This document shows positions 29,532-38,600 of a stretch of DNA of 64,000 nt, piece by piece. The position numbers and the translations under genes were made by a program. Within the stretch, counting starts at the first letter, position 1; every line of letters starts with the position of its first letter. The notes under the pieces are model-generated. The model saw only the letters and a list, made by a program, of their open reading frames with translations, made no database searches and was not told the origin of the DNA. Source of the stretch: Candidatus Omnitrophota bacterium (GTDB taxonomy: Bacteria > Omnitrophota > Gorgyraeia > Zapsychrales > Fredricksoniimonadaceae); the NCBI GenBank assembly GCA_015233675.1, contig JADFXH010000002.1, forward strand, positions 78,794-142,793, written 5' to 3'.

Positions 29532-30722
29532 GTGATTATTCAGCCTAAAATTCGAGGATTTATCTGCGTCACTGCCCATCCGGCGGGCTGTGCTGCTCAC
29601 GTGGCAGAGCAAATCCAATATGTGCAATCGCAAAGTCCTATTATTGATGGTCCCAAAAAAGTGTTGGTGATCGGGGCGTCAACGGGTTACGGCTTAAGCT
29701 CGCGCATTACTGCTGCTTTTGCCTGCGGGGCTGCTACGATGGGAGTCTTTTTTGAAAAGCCGTCTGACGGGCCCCGAACGGCAACACCCGGCTGGTATAA
29801 CTCTGCGGCCTTTGAAGCTCAAGCGAAAAAAGCGGGCGTATATTCCCGCCATTTTAATGGTGATGCCTTCTCTGATCAAATGCGGCGGGATGTTTGCAAG
29901 GCGATCAAAGAGGATTGGGGACAGGCTGACTGTGTTATTTATTCATTAGCTTCTGCCCGAAGGGTTGACCCTAAAACCGGGTACATTTATAAATCGGCCA
30001 TTAAGCCTAAGGGCTCCTCTTACAGTAATAAGACGATTGATTTTGAAAATACTCAGGTGGTCCCGATCCTTTTGGAAGCGGCCTCACAGCAAGATGTCGA
30101 AGAAACAGTTAAAGTCATGGGAGGAGAAGACTGGCAACTGTGGATTGAGGCTTTGACTGCCGAGAACTTGCTGGCACCCAAATCAGTAACGATGGCGTAT
30201 TCTTACATCGGTCCGGATGTGACAAAGCCGGTTTACCGTAACGGAACCCTGGGGGCTGCAAAAGACCATCTTGAGGCTACGGCTCAACGGCTCGACCAAT
30301 TAATGCGCAAACATGGAGGTCGTGCTTTGGTGTCCGTTAACAAAGCGCTTGTGACTCAGAGTTCTTCGGCTATCCCTTTTATTCCTTTGTATTTTGTCAT
30401 TTTGATGAAGGTTATGAAACAAAAGGGGTTGAATGAATATTGTATTCATCAAATGTACCGTCTTTTTAGCGAGCGACTTTACGACGGGCGGCCTCTGTCT
30501 AAAATTTCTGTTGACGATCATGGGCGTGTGCGCATAGATGATTGGGAGATGCGAAGTGACGTCCAAGAAGAAGTCAGGCATCTCTGGGGACAGGTTGATA
30601 GCGGGAACCTTCCTAAAATCGCTGACATTCAGGGTTACAATGAGGATTTTTTAAAACTTTTCGGTTTTGGCTTTCAAGGAGTAGACTATAATGCCGATGT
30701 CAATCCCGAAGTTCCTTTATAA
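29532..30722 (+). CDS. fabV: Trans-2-enoyl-CoA/ACP reductase, FabV/Ter family
   Basis: (M)IIQPKIRGFICVTAHPAGC matches the canonical FabV/Ter N-terminus, followed by VIGASTGYGLSSRI. GTG 29532 is preferred over the TTG at 29493 in the track. Confidence 0.85.
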   Translation: MIIQPKIRGFICVTAHPAGCAAHVAEQIQYVQSQSPIIDGPKKVLVIGASTGYGLSSRITAAFACGAATMGVFFEKPSDGPRTATPGWYNSAAFEAQAKKAGVYSRHFNGDAFSDQMRRDVCKAIKEDWGQADCVIYSLASARRVDPKTGYIYKSAIKPKGSSYSNKTIDFENTQVVPILLEAASQQDVEETVKVMGGEDWQLWIEALTAENLLAPKSVTMAYSYIGPDVTKPVYRNGTLGAAKDHLEATAQRLDQLMRKHGGRALVSVNKALVTQSSSAIPFIPLYFVILMKVMKQKGLNEYCIHQMYRLFSERLYDGRPLSKISVDDHGRVRIDDWEMRSDVQEEVRHLWGQVDSGNLPKIADIQGYNEDFLKLFGFGFQGVDYNADVNPEVPL

Positions 30723-30849
30723 AAAGTGGCATGAATATACTTTATTTTTTCATCTTTTATGCTATCATTGATGAAATTTCTATAAATTTGACCATTTTAA
30801 CAGGGCTAATGCGCACTTTTTAATAATCCTTAAATTTAACGGAGGCGGA

Positions 30850-32004
30850 ATGATAGATTATCTTCTTAACGACCAACAAATAATGATCCGCGATTTGTGT
30901 CGTCAGATAACGGATGAAAAAATACGTCCGGCAGCGGCTGAATACGACAAGAATGAGAAGTTCCCTTGGGATATCGTAAAAGTTATCGCTCAAGCAGACC
31001 TCTTTGGTGTTTATATTGAAGAGAAGTACGGCGGAATGGGTGGTGGTGTTTTTGAGTTATGTCTTGCAACGGAGGAGTTCTCGAAGGGGTGCGCGGGCAT
31101 TGCGCTTTGTTATTCAGCGACAGCGTTGGGAGCCTACCCGCTTATTTTATATGGCAGTGACGAACAAAAACAAAAATATCTTCCTGCCATAGCCCGTGGC
31201 GAAAGATTGGCCGCATTTGGTTTAACTGAGCCTGCCGCCGGATCTGACGCCAGTGCCCTGCAAACAACTGCCGAAAAACAGGGAGACCATTATATCCTTA
31301 ATGGGGTCAAGCATTTTATTACCAACGGCGGTGATGCGGAAATTTATACGATTATTGCCATGACGGATAAAGAGAAAGGTGCCCGTGGAGCCAGTCTTTT
31401 TTTAGTTGAAAAAGGGACTCCTGGTTTTAGCTTTGGGAAAAAGGAAGAAAAGATGGGTATCCGCGCCTCTTCAACAAGAGAGCTTATTTTTAACGATTGT
31501 AAAATTCCTAAAGAGAATCTATTGGGCCGTGAAGGAATGGGATTTATTGCTGCCATGAAGACATTTGACAAGTCAAGGCCGGGAATCGGTGCTCAAGCCC
31601 TGGGCATAGCTCAAGGGGCTCTTGATGAAGCTCTCAAGTATGCCAAGCAAAGAAAACAATTTGAAAAGTCAATTACCAGTTTTCAGGGTATCCAGTGGAT
31701 GTTGGCAGACATGGCGACAGAAGTGGAAGCGGCCCGGGCGTTGGTCTATGCTTCTGCCCGCGAAGTGGATGCCGGCAAGAAAGACATCGGCTCCCATTCA
31801 GCCATGGCGAAAATGTATGCTTCAGATGTTGCCATGAAGGTCGCGGTGGATGCTGTTCAGATTTTTGGCGGTTATGGTTATATGCGAGAATACCCCGCTG
31901 AGAAATACATGCGGGATGCTAAAATTACACAAATTTATGAAGGGACAAATCAAATCCAGCGCAACATCATTGCAGCGGGTTTGATTAGGGATAGCGTTCG
32001 ATGA
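30850..32004 (+). CDS. bcd: Acyl-CoA dehydrogenase (short-chain/butyryl-CoA type)
   Basis: GLTEPAAGSDA, a C-terminal YEGTNQIQR with the catalytic Glu region, 384 aa. It is directly followed by etfB and etfA. Confidence 0.9.
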   Translation: MIDYLLNDQQIMIRDLCRQITDEKIRPAAAEYDKNEKFPWDIVKVIAQADLFGVYIEEKYGGMGGGVFELCLATEEFSKGCAGIALCYSATALGAYPLILYGSDEQKQKYLPAIARGERLAAFGLTEPAAGSDASALQTTAEKQGDHYILNGVKHFITNGGDAEIYTIIAMTDKEKGARGASLFLVEKGTPGFSFGKKEEKMGIRASSTRELIFNDCKIPKENLLGREGMGFIAAMKTFDKSRPGIGAQALGIAQGALDEALKYAKQRKQFEKSITSFQGIQWMLADMATEVEAARALVYASAREVDAGKKDIGSHSAMAKMYASDVAMKVAVDAVQIFGGYGYMREYPAEKYMRDAKITQIYEGTNQIQRNIIAAGLIRDSVR

Positions 32005-32777
32005 ACATCATTGTCTGTATAAAACAAGTTCCTGATACCGCTGACATCAAGATTGATCCAGTGGCCAAGAGACTCCTTCGAGAAGGCATCAAGTCTATGA
32101 TCAATCCTTTTGACATGTATGCCATTGAAGAGGGTTTGCGTCTTAAAGAAAAGCTCGGCGGAAAAGTGACAGCTCTTACCATGGGGCCGCCCCAGGCAGA
32201 ATCAGCTTTAAGAGAAGCTGTTTCTTTGGGTTGTGACGAAGCAATTCTTATAAGTGATGGCGCATTTACAGGTTCAGATACACTTGCTACCAGTTATGCA
32301 TTGTCTTGTGCGATTAAGAAGATTAAAGATTACGATATGATTTTTTGCGGGAAACAGTCTCTTGATGGTGATACTGCCCACGTGGGCCCCGGGATCGCCG
32401 GACATCTTAACATTCCCCAGATTGTCAATGTGCGAAAAATTCAGGACATCAAAGAAGGCCGTGTTACTGCGCATCGAATGACCGAATACGGATATGATGT
32501 CCTGGAAGCAGAACTTCCTTGTCTCTTGACGGTGGTTAAGGACATCAATGTGCCGCGCTTGCCGTCTTTAAAAGGGAAAATGAAAGCCAAGAGTACCGCC
32601 ATCACCGTTTGGAAAGCTGCTGATATTCAAGCAGAAGAGAACCGTATCGGGGCCAAAGGTTCTGCCACAGAAGTTTGGAAGGTCACGACGTCGCCGGCCA
32701 GGCCTCAAGGAAAAATTTTTGAAGGTGAAGGGGCTGTTGATCAACTTGTCTTGACTCTCAAAGGATTAATGAAATGA
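32001..32777 (+). CDS. etfB: Electron transfer flavoprotein, beta subunit
   Basis: MNIIVCIKQVPDTADIKIDP..., GPPQAESALREAVSLGCDEA, GKQSLDGDTAHVGPGIAGHL. It resembles clostridial/Acidaminococcus-type EtfB as I recall them. Confidence 0.9.
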   Translation: MNIIVCIKQVPDTADIKIDPVAKRLLREGIKSMINPFDMYAIEEGLRLKEKLGGKVTALTMGPPQAESALREAVSLGCDEAILISDGAFTGSDTLATSYALSCAIKKIKDYDMIFCGKQSLDGDTAHVGPGIAGHLNIPQIVNVRKIQDIKEGRVTAHRMTEYGYDVLEAELPCLLTVVKDINVPRLPSLKGKMKAKSTAITVWKAADIQAEENRIGAKGSATEVWKVTTSPARPQGKIFEGEGAVDQLVLTLKGLMK

Positions 32778-33778
32778 GCGAGATATCTGAATATAAAGGA
32801 GTTTGGGTCCTTTGCGAGCATCGACGCGGGATCATTCAACCTGTCACCTATGAACTGTTAGGAAAAGCCAGGGAATTGGCCGATAAGCTAGGATGTGAAG
32901 TGTCCTGTCTTTTGCTTGGGGTCAAAGTTAAAGATAAAGCCCAGGAGTTGATTCATCGTCAAGCGGATAAGGTTTATGTTGTTGACGATCCCAGGATCGA
33001 ACATGTATTGGAAGAACCATATACGCGCATTGTTTCTGATTTGATCAGAAAGCATCGACCCGAGATCTTGCTTTTGCCTGCAACATCGCTGGGGAGGTCT
33101 TTGTCCTCAAGATTGGCGGTTGAGTTAAAAGCAGGGCTGACAGCCGATTGCATCGGGCTTGATATTAATCTTGAAGACCGCTGCCTTTTGCAGACGAAAC
33201 CGGTTTTTGGCGGAACGATAATGACGACGATTGTTTCAAGGACCCATCGGCCACAGATGGCAACGGTCAGGCCAAAAGCCATGAAAGAGGGCGTTTGTGA
33301 TCCACAGCGAAAAGGAGTTGTCGAAGTTTTAGAATTGCAGGAATCATTTTTTTCCTCCAGAGTTAAGGTTTTAGATGTTGTCGATGAAGTGGCTTCAACC
33401 ATTTATATTATGGATGCTAATGTGATTGTTTCTGGTGGACGGGGAATGGTAAAAGCGGAAAATTTTAAGATGCTTGAAGATTTGGCGAAAGTGTTGAATG
33501 GCGCCGTGGGAGCCTCACGTGCCGCGGTTGATGAGCAATGGATCCCGTATTCCCATCAAGTCGGCCAGACAGGAAAAACAGTTTGTCCCAAGATTTATAT
33601 TGCCTGCGGTATTTCCGGTCAGATCCAGCATCTGGTTGGCATGCAGTCTTCGGATACGATCATTGCGATCAACAAGGATCCATCCGCCCCGATTTTTAAA
33701 GTTGCCAACTATGGAATTGTCGGTGACGTCTTTGATATTGTTCCCCGTTTGACAAAACGTTTTCAAGAAGATTTATGA
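32774..33778 (+). CDS. etfA: Electron transfer flavoprotein, alpha subunit
   Basis: C-terminal FAD-binding block VGQTGKTVCPKIYIACGISGQIQHLVGM. Confidence 0.9.
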   Translation: MSEISEYKGVWVLCEHRRGIIQPVTYELLGKARELADKLGCEVSCLLLGVKVKDKAQELIHRQADKVYVVDDPRIEHVLEEPYTRIVSDLIRKHRPEILLLPATSLGRSLSSRLAVELKAGLTADCIGLDINLEDRCLLQTKPVFGGTIMTTIVSRTHRPQMATVRPKAMKEGVCDPQRKGVVEVLELQESFFSSRVKVLDVVDEVASTIYIMDANVIVSGGRGMVKAENFKMLEDLAKVLNGAVGASRAAVDEQWIPYSHQVGQTGKTVCPKIYIACGISGQIQHLVGMQSSDTIIAINKDPSAPIFKVANYGIVGDVFDIVPRLTKRFQEDL

Positions 33779-33853
33779 AATACATGGACGGCTGACACCG
33801 ATATGTTCCTCCTGCGCGTGATTGGCTAACGGCAAATCTAGGATAACAACTTT

Positions 33854-35497
33854 ATGAGTAATGATAATTTAATTGAAACAGATGTCTTAGTTATAGGCGC
33901 AGGGCCTGCGGGGCTTGCCTTTTCCATCCACTATGCGAATCTGATCGGTAAACACAATATCCCTTTGAAAGTCATGATCCTGGAAAAGGCCGCAACGGCT
34001 GGCAATCATACCCTTTCCGGGGCTGTGATGAATCTAAAAACTCTTGGGGAACTTTTGCCGGAAGTTGATCTTAAGGGAATTCCTTCTATTACAGAGGTCA
34101 AACAAGAAGACATTTTGTTTTTAACAAAGAGTAATGCTTTTGGTTTGCCATATCATCCAAAGGTCATGTCGAATAAAGGCAATCATATCCTGTCTTTGGG
34201 GGCCATGGTCGGATGGCTTGGGGGGCTTGCCGAACAAAAAGGAGTTGAGATATTTGCCGGAGTCGCTGGGTATGAACTGATTTTTGAGAATGGTAAGCTT
34301 GTTGGAGTGTTTACCGGGGCATCCGGGCTTGATCATGAGGGCAAGCCCATGTCTAATTACCAGCCTCCTACTGAAGTCAGGGCGAAAATTGTTGTTTTGG
34401 CTGAAGGCGCAAGAGGCCATTTAACAAAACAACTGATTGATAAATTTAATTTAACCCAAGATAAGAATCCGCAGGTTTATTCGCTGGGCGTTAAAGAGGT
34501 TTGGGAGGTTCCCGAAGGCTCTTTTGCCCAAGGACGCATCATGCATACTTTGGGGTTTCCTCTTGGCGCTGACCAATTCGGAGGAGGATTTGTTTACGGT
34601 TTAAACAAAACGCAAGTGGTTATCGGGTTTTGTTCGGGACTGGATTATTCAAATCCGGCTTTTGATCCTCATCGCGCGTTACAACAGTACAAGCAACATC
34701 CGCAAATTGCTGAGATCATTAAAAATGGTAAGCTCATAAAGTATGGGGCCAAGAATATACCGGAAGGCGGATTGTTTTCTTGGCCGCAACTTTATCATGA
34801 TAATTTTATGATCATTGGAGATTCCGCCGGCTTTGTCGCAATGCCCAGTTTAAAGGGGATCCATCTAAGCATTAAGGCGGCCATGACTGCGGCACAGGCG
34901 GCCTTTGAGGCCATAAAAGCCCAAGATACCTCAAAAGAACGCCTTAGCCTCTATGAAAAATTATTTAAGGATACGCCTGAGTATAGTGAGATGTACGCAG
35001 CCAGGAATTTCCGTCAATGTTTTACATCAAATTTATATCTTGGTTTCTTAAAATATGGTATCAATTTAATAACCGGGGGAAGAGGCCTTTCATTAAACGG
35101 GAAATCTCGCCTTGAGGCCGATTATAAGCATTGCCGGCCGGCATTAAAGGGCAGGCAGCTATCACCAATGGTTTTTGACAACAAGACAACTTTTGATAAA
35201 GAAGCGGATGTTTTTTATTCCGGGACTAAACATGATGAGGCACAGCCTTGTCATATTCTCATATCGAGCGCTCAGGTTTGCCGTGATTGCATAGAAAAAT
35301 TTGAAGCTCCCTGTCAGCATTTTTGTCCTGCCCGGGTGTTCGAATTAAGCCCTGAGGCTCAAGGCAATCCAGCGAAAATTATTCTGCACCCGTCGAATTG
35401 TATCCATTGTAAAACATGTGACATCAAAGATCCTTTCCAAAATGTTACATGGATGCCGCCCTATGGCGCTGATGGCCCTAAGTATGAGAATATGTAA
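33854..35497 (+). CDS. Electron-transferring-flavoprotein dehydrogenase (ETF-QO; FixC+FixX-like fusion)
   Basis: FAD motif VLVIGAGPAGLA and the C-terminal 4Fe-4S region PSNCIHCKTCDIKDP, which is typical of ETF:quinone oxidoreductase. Confidence 0.85.
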   Translation: MSNDNLIETDVLVIGAGPAGLAFSIHYANLIGKHNIPLKVMILEKAATAGNHTLSGAVMNLKTLGELLPEVDLKGIPSITEVKQEDILFLTKSNAFGLPYHPKVMSNKGNHILSLGAMVGWLGGLAEQKGVEIFAGVAGYELIFENGKLVGVFTGASGLDHEGKPMSNYQPPTEVRAKIVVLAEGARGHLTKQLIDKFNLTQDKNPQVYSLGVKEVWEVPEGSFAQGRIMHTLGFPLGADQFGGGFVYGLNKTQVVIGFCSGLDYSNPAFDPHRALQQYKQHPQIAEIIKNGKLIKYGAKNIPEGGLFSWPQLYHDNFMIIGDSAGFVAMPSLKGIHLSIKAAMTAAQAAFEAIKAQDTSKERLSLYEKLFKDTPEYSEMYAARNFRQCFTSNLYLGFLKYGINLITGGRGLSLNGKSRLEADYKHCRPALKGRQLSPMVFDNKTTFDKEADVFYSGTKHDEAQPCHILISSAQVCRDCIEKFEAPCQHFCPARVFELSPEAQGNPAKIILHPSNCIHCKTCDIKDPFQNVTWMPPYGADGPKYENM

Positions 35498-35586
35498 GGC
35501 CAATTGAGTTCTTGTGACCTTAAATGATTTTCAATGGCCCTCGGCTTCTTCCATAGATGTCCATATCCACTATTTTAATTTATACA

Positions 35587-35595
35587 TGGTATACT
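35587..35595 (+). promoter_or_regulatory. Extended -10 element TGGTATACT upstream of the 1100-aa gene
   Basis: TGnTATACT ends 9 nt before ATG 35605. There is no recognisable -35 or SD. The same 12-mer atggtatactta recurs at 63094-63105. Confidence 0.3.
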
Positions 35596-35604
35596 TAAAT
35601 TAGG

Positions 35605-38600
35605 ATGAAAAGATCTCCATTAATTCATATTGTAATTTTTGCGGCTTTTTTGGTAAATGGTTTTGGGCCTTTGCCAGCCGTCCGGGCAGATAACTCAACG
35701 GTGTTTACCCTTGGTGAATTGCATTTGTCTGCTGTGGGGGCAATGGTCCATTTAAGCCCTCAATTTAATCCTCCGATTTTAAAAGGGATTAAGGTACATA
35801 CGGATGATCCATTTCGTTTTGATTTTATTTTAGATCAAGGAAATGCCCCCTCTTTTGTTAAAGAGGGGGATGGGGGGAGTTTGAAACAAGAAGCCGCCAA
35901 ACTGATCAAATACTTCCTTGCCAGCCTGACAATTCCCGAAAAAGATTTGTGGGTAAACCTGTCTCCGTATGAGAAAAACAGGATCGTCCCTCAAAGTTTT
36001 GGCTTAACCGAAATGGGCCGTGATTTATTAGCTGAGGATTATATGCTCAAGCAGATCACGGCTAGTTTGATTTATCCGGAAGATAAAATCGGTAAAAAGT
36101 TTTGGGGGAGGATATATGAAGAGGCAGCAAAGAAATTTGGGACAACCAATATTCCGGTGAACACATTTAACAAAGTTTGGATAGTGCCAGAGAAAGCGGT
36201 AGTGTATGAGAATGCGAAGGCGGGTACGGCGTATGTAGTGGAAAGCAGATTAAAGGTAATGCTTGAGCAGGATTATTTGGCATTAGAAAAACATGCTAAA
36301 GATGATTCCCTCCCCCTTGCGGGAAGGGCAAGGGAGGGGGGCCTAAAAGCACCCCAGGGAAACCGCCTTACACCAAACAGAGACCTCAACGCTCTAGGCT
36401 CTCAAATCGTCCGTGAGATTGTTATTCCCGAACTAGCAAAAGAAGTCAACGAGGGCAAGAATTTTGCCCAGTTGCGCCAAGTCTATAATTCTTTAATTCT
36501 TGCCATATGGTATAAAAAGAAAATCAAAGACAGCATCCTGACGCAAGTTTATGCAAATCAAAATAAGGTTAAAGGTGTGGAATATGCTCAGAGCATTTTA
36601 CCTCAGGGGAGCAACCAATCACCTGAAACCAGTGACGTTGAACTTATCTATCAACGTTACCTGCAAGCTTTCAAGAAAGGCGTTTATAATTACATCAAAG
36701 AAGAGCAGGATTTGGTCACCCAAAGTATTATATCGAGAAAATATTTCTCAGGCGGTTTCGGATTTGTTGATGTGGCTATGCGTGTTGAAACTACTTCAGC
36801 GATGCCGGTGGCTGTTCCTTCTAATATGGTTGTTGTTGATATGGCTATGTCGGTAATATCTCCCAATGACGGGGCGCCTTTAAAATCAGATACAGCAAAT
36901 CCACTATGGAGTCCGGCGATTTCCTATCAAGATATTATTAAGGATAAAAATGAAATATTTAAATCTATAATTGCGAATGAGCCTGTTAAGCCTTATGACA
37001 CGACCGTCTCTTTAATTAAAAGATTGGCAACGGATGGTTATAAAATGGGGGTGGGTTCTTCTAGCAGCAGGGCATTACAATATTTAGATTCTTTCGGCAT
37101 CAAGGATGATTTTAGATCAATTATTGACGGCGAGATGGTTCTCAGAGGAGAGGTCCCGGGAAAACCATCGGGTGAATTTTTTAAAGCCGTTGCCGGCAAG
37201 GCAGGGATTGACCCGGTAGATACCATTGTTTTTGGAGATGCCGTTGCCGATGTGAAGTCAGCTAAAGCAGGGGGTTTTGGATTGATCGTTGCTTTGGCTC
37301 GTAACGAAAATGCCCAACTGCTTAAAGATGCGGGAGCAGATCGGGTCCTTCCTGATATCGGTAATTTAAATATTGAAACAATGAAAGCTTGGCTCAAAGA
37401 AAAACAGCCAAATGCGGTGTTTAAGGGCGCTATTTTTGATGTGGATGGGGTCATAGCAAACTCAGGGAAGCAGCATTTTGATTCCTGGCAGCAAGTGCTC
37501 AACAAGTATCTTCAATACAGGCAAGGTGAAAGTTACAAAGAATTTACTATGAAAGATTATGAAACATATTTTGCCGGCCGGACGGGCGATGTCGTCGTGA
37601 AAGAATTTTTGGATTCCCGCGGCATACAGTTACCAGCACGCAGTACAGCAGAGAAAAATATGTTGCAAGTGGCCGTCCCTAAGTTTGCTGGGGTCGGCGG
37701 TAAATATGTTTATAATAGTTTTATATTCCAGGCCAAGATCCATCCGGAAGATAAAAAGGAAACGACTGTCATTGCCGGAAGGGTAGAAGCCAGGGTAGGT
37801 GGAGTGAGCCAGGTGGTGTTTTTTCAAAAGGGGCCTGGTGGTAAATGGTATCCGATCAAAGGTGCCCCTGTTTTTGAAAGTTCTGAGGACCCTTCTTTGC
37901 AAAAGATTGGTGATAAATGGGTCTTGTCGGTGGTCAAGGTCGAAGACACTGGGGAAAAGTTGGAGAGTGGGATCCCTAAACTCGTTTGGCAAGAGAAATT
38001 TTTTCAATTTGACACTCTTAATGATCTTAATCCTAAGGAACCGATTGCTCAGGGGCCATTATGGATGAAGGATATTCATTTGGTAGAATTAGAGGATTCC
38101 CGAATTATGATCATGACTCGTCCGCAGGGCGGGGAGTATAATGGGGGGAGAATCGGGTATGTTATCGTTGAGAATTTTAAAAAGTTTGTTGAATTGGGAC
38201 AAGGCGGTAAAAAAGAAAGTGATCTGGCGAAAATGATGGAGAATGGGAAAGTCCTTGAAGGGTTGTTCACTAAGGATCAATGGGGCGGGGCGAACGCTCT
38301 TTATCTTTTGGAGAACGGGAAGATCGGCGTCTTGGGCCACATTGCGCAACGTAATAAGGAAGGAAATAGAGAATATTCTCCTATGACTTTTGAATTTGAT
38401 CCCGATACAGGGGAGGTTAGTAATTTTAAAATAATAGGTACCTGGAAAAGTTTTGAGGAATTGTTGAAGGCTCAGCATATCTCCATTCCTGTCAAGGTTC
38501 TGGATGAGAATAAACCGGAGGACCTTCGTGAGGTGCTGTTTCCCACTGCTTTGTTAGTGGGCAAGGATGGGAAATGTTTTTTGTGTCTTGGGGCATGTGA

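Noticed and set aside
36766-36849. Short direct repeat gttgatgtggctatg / gttgatatggctatg (VDVAMRV / VDMAMSV) in the 1100-aa gene
   Set aside because: These are 15-mers with one mismatch, 69 bp apart, in a low-complexity linker. They are too short to separate from chance or a trivial local duplication.
37038-37505. Long antisense ORFs (37038..37505, 49053..49517, 32974..33402, 52232..52657, 1759..2187, 17217..17621 and similar)
   Set aside because: Each lies wholly inside a well-supported sense gene with diagnostic motifs. Their translations are low-complexity with no recognisable domains. They are typical shadow ORFs.
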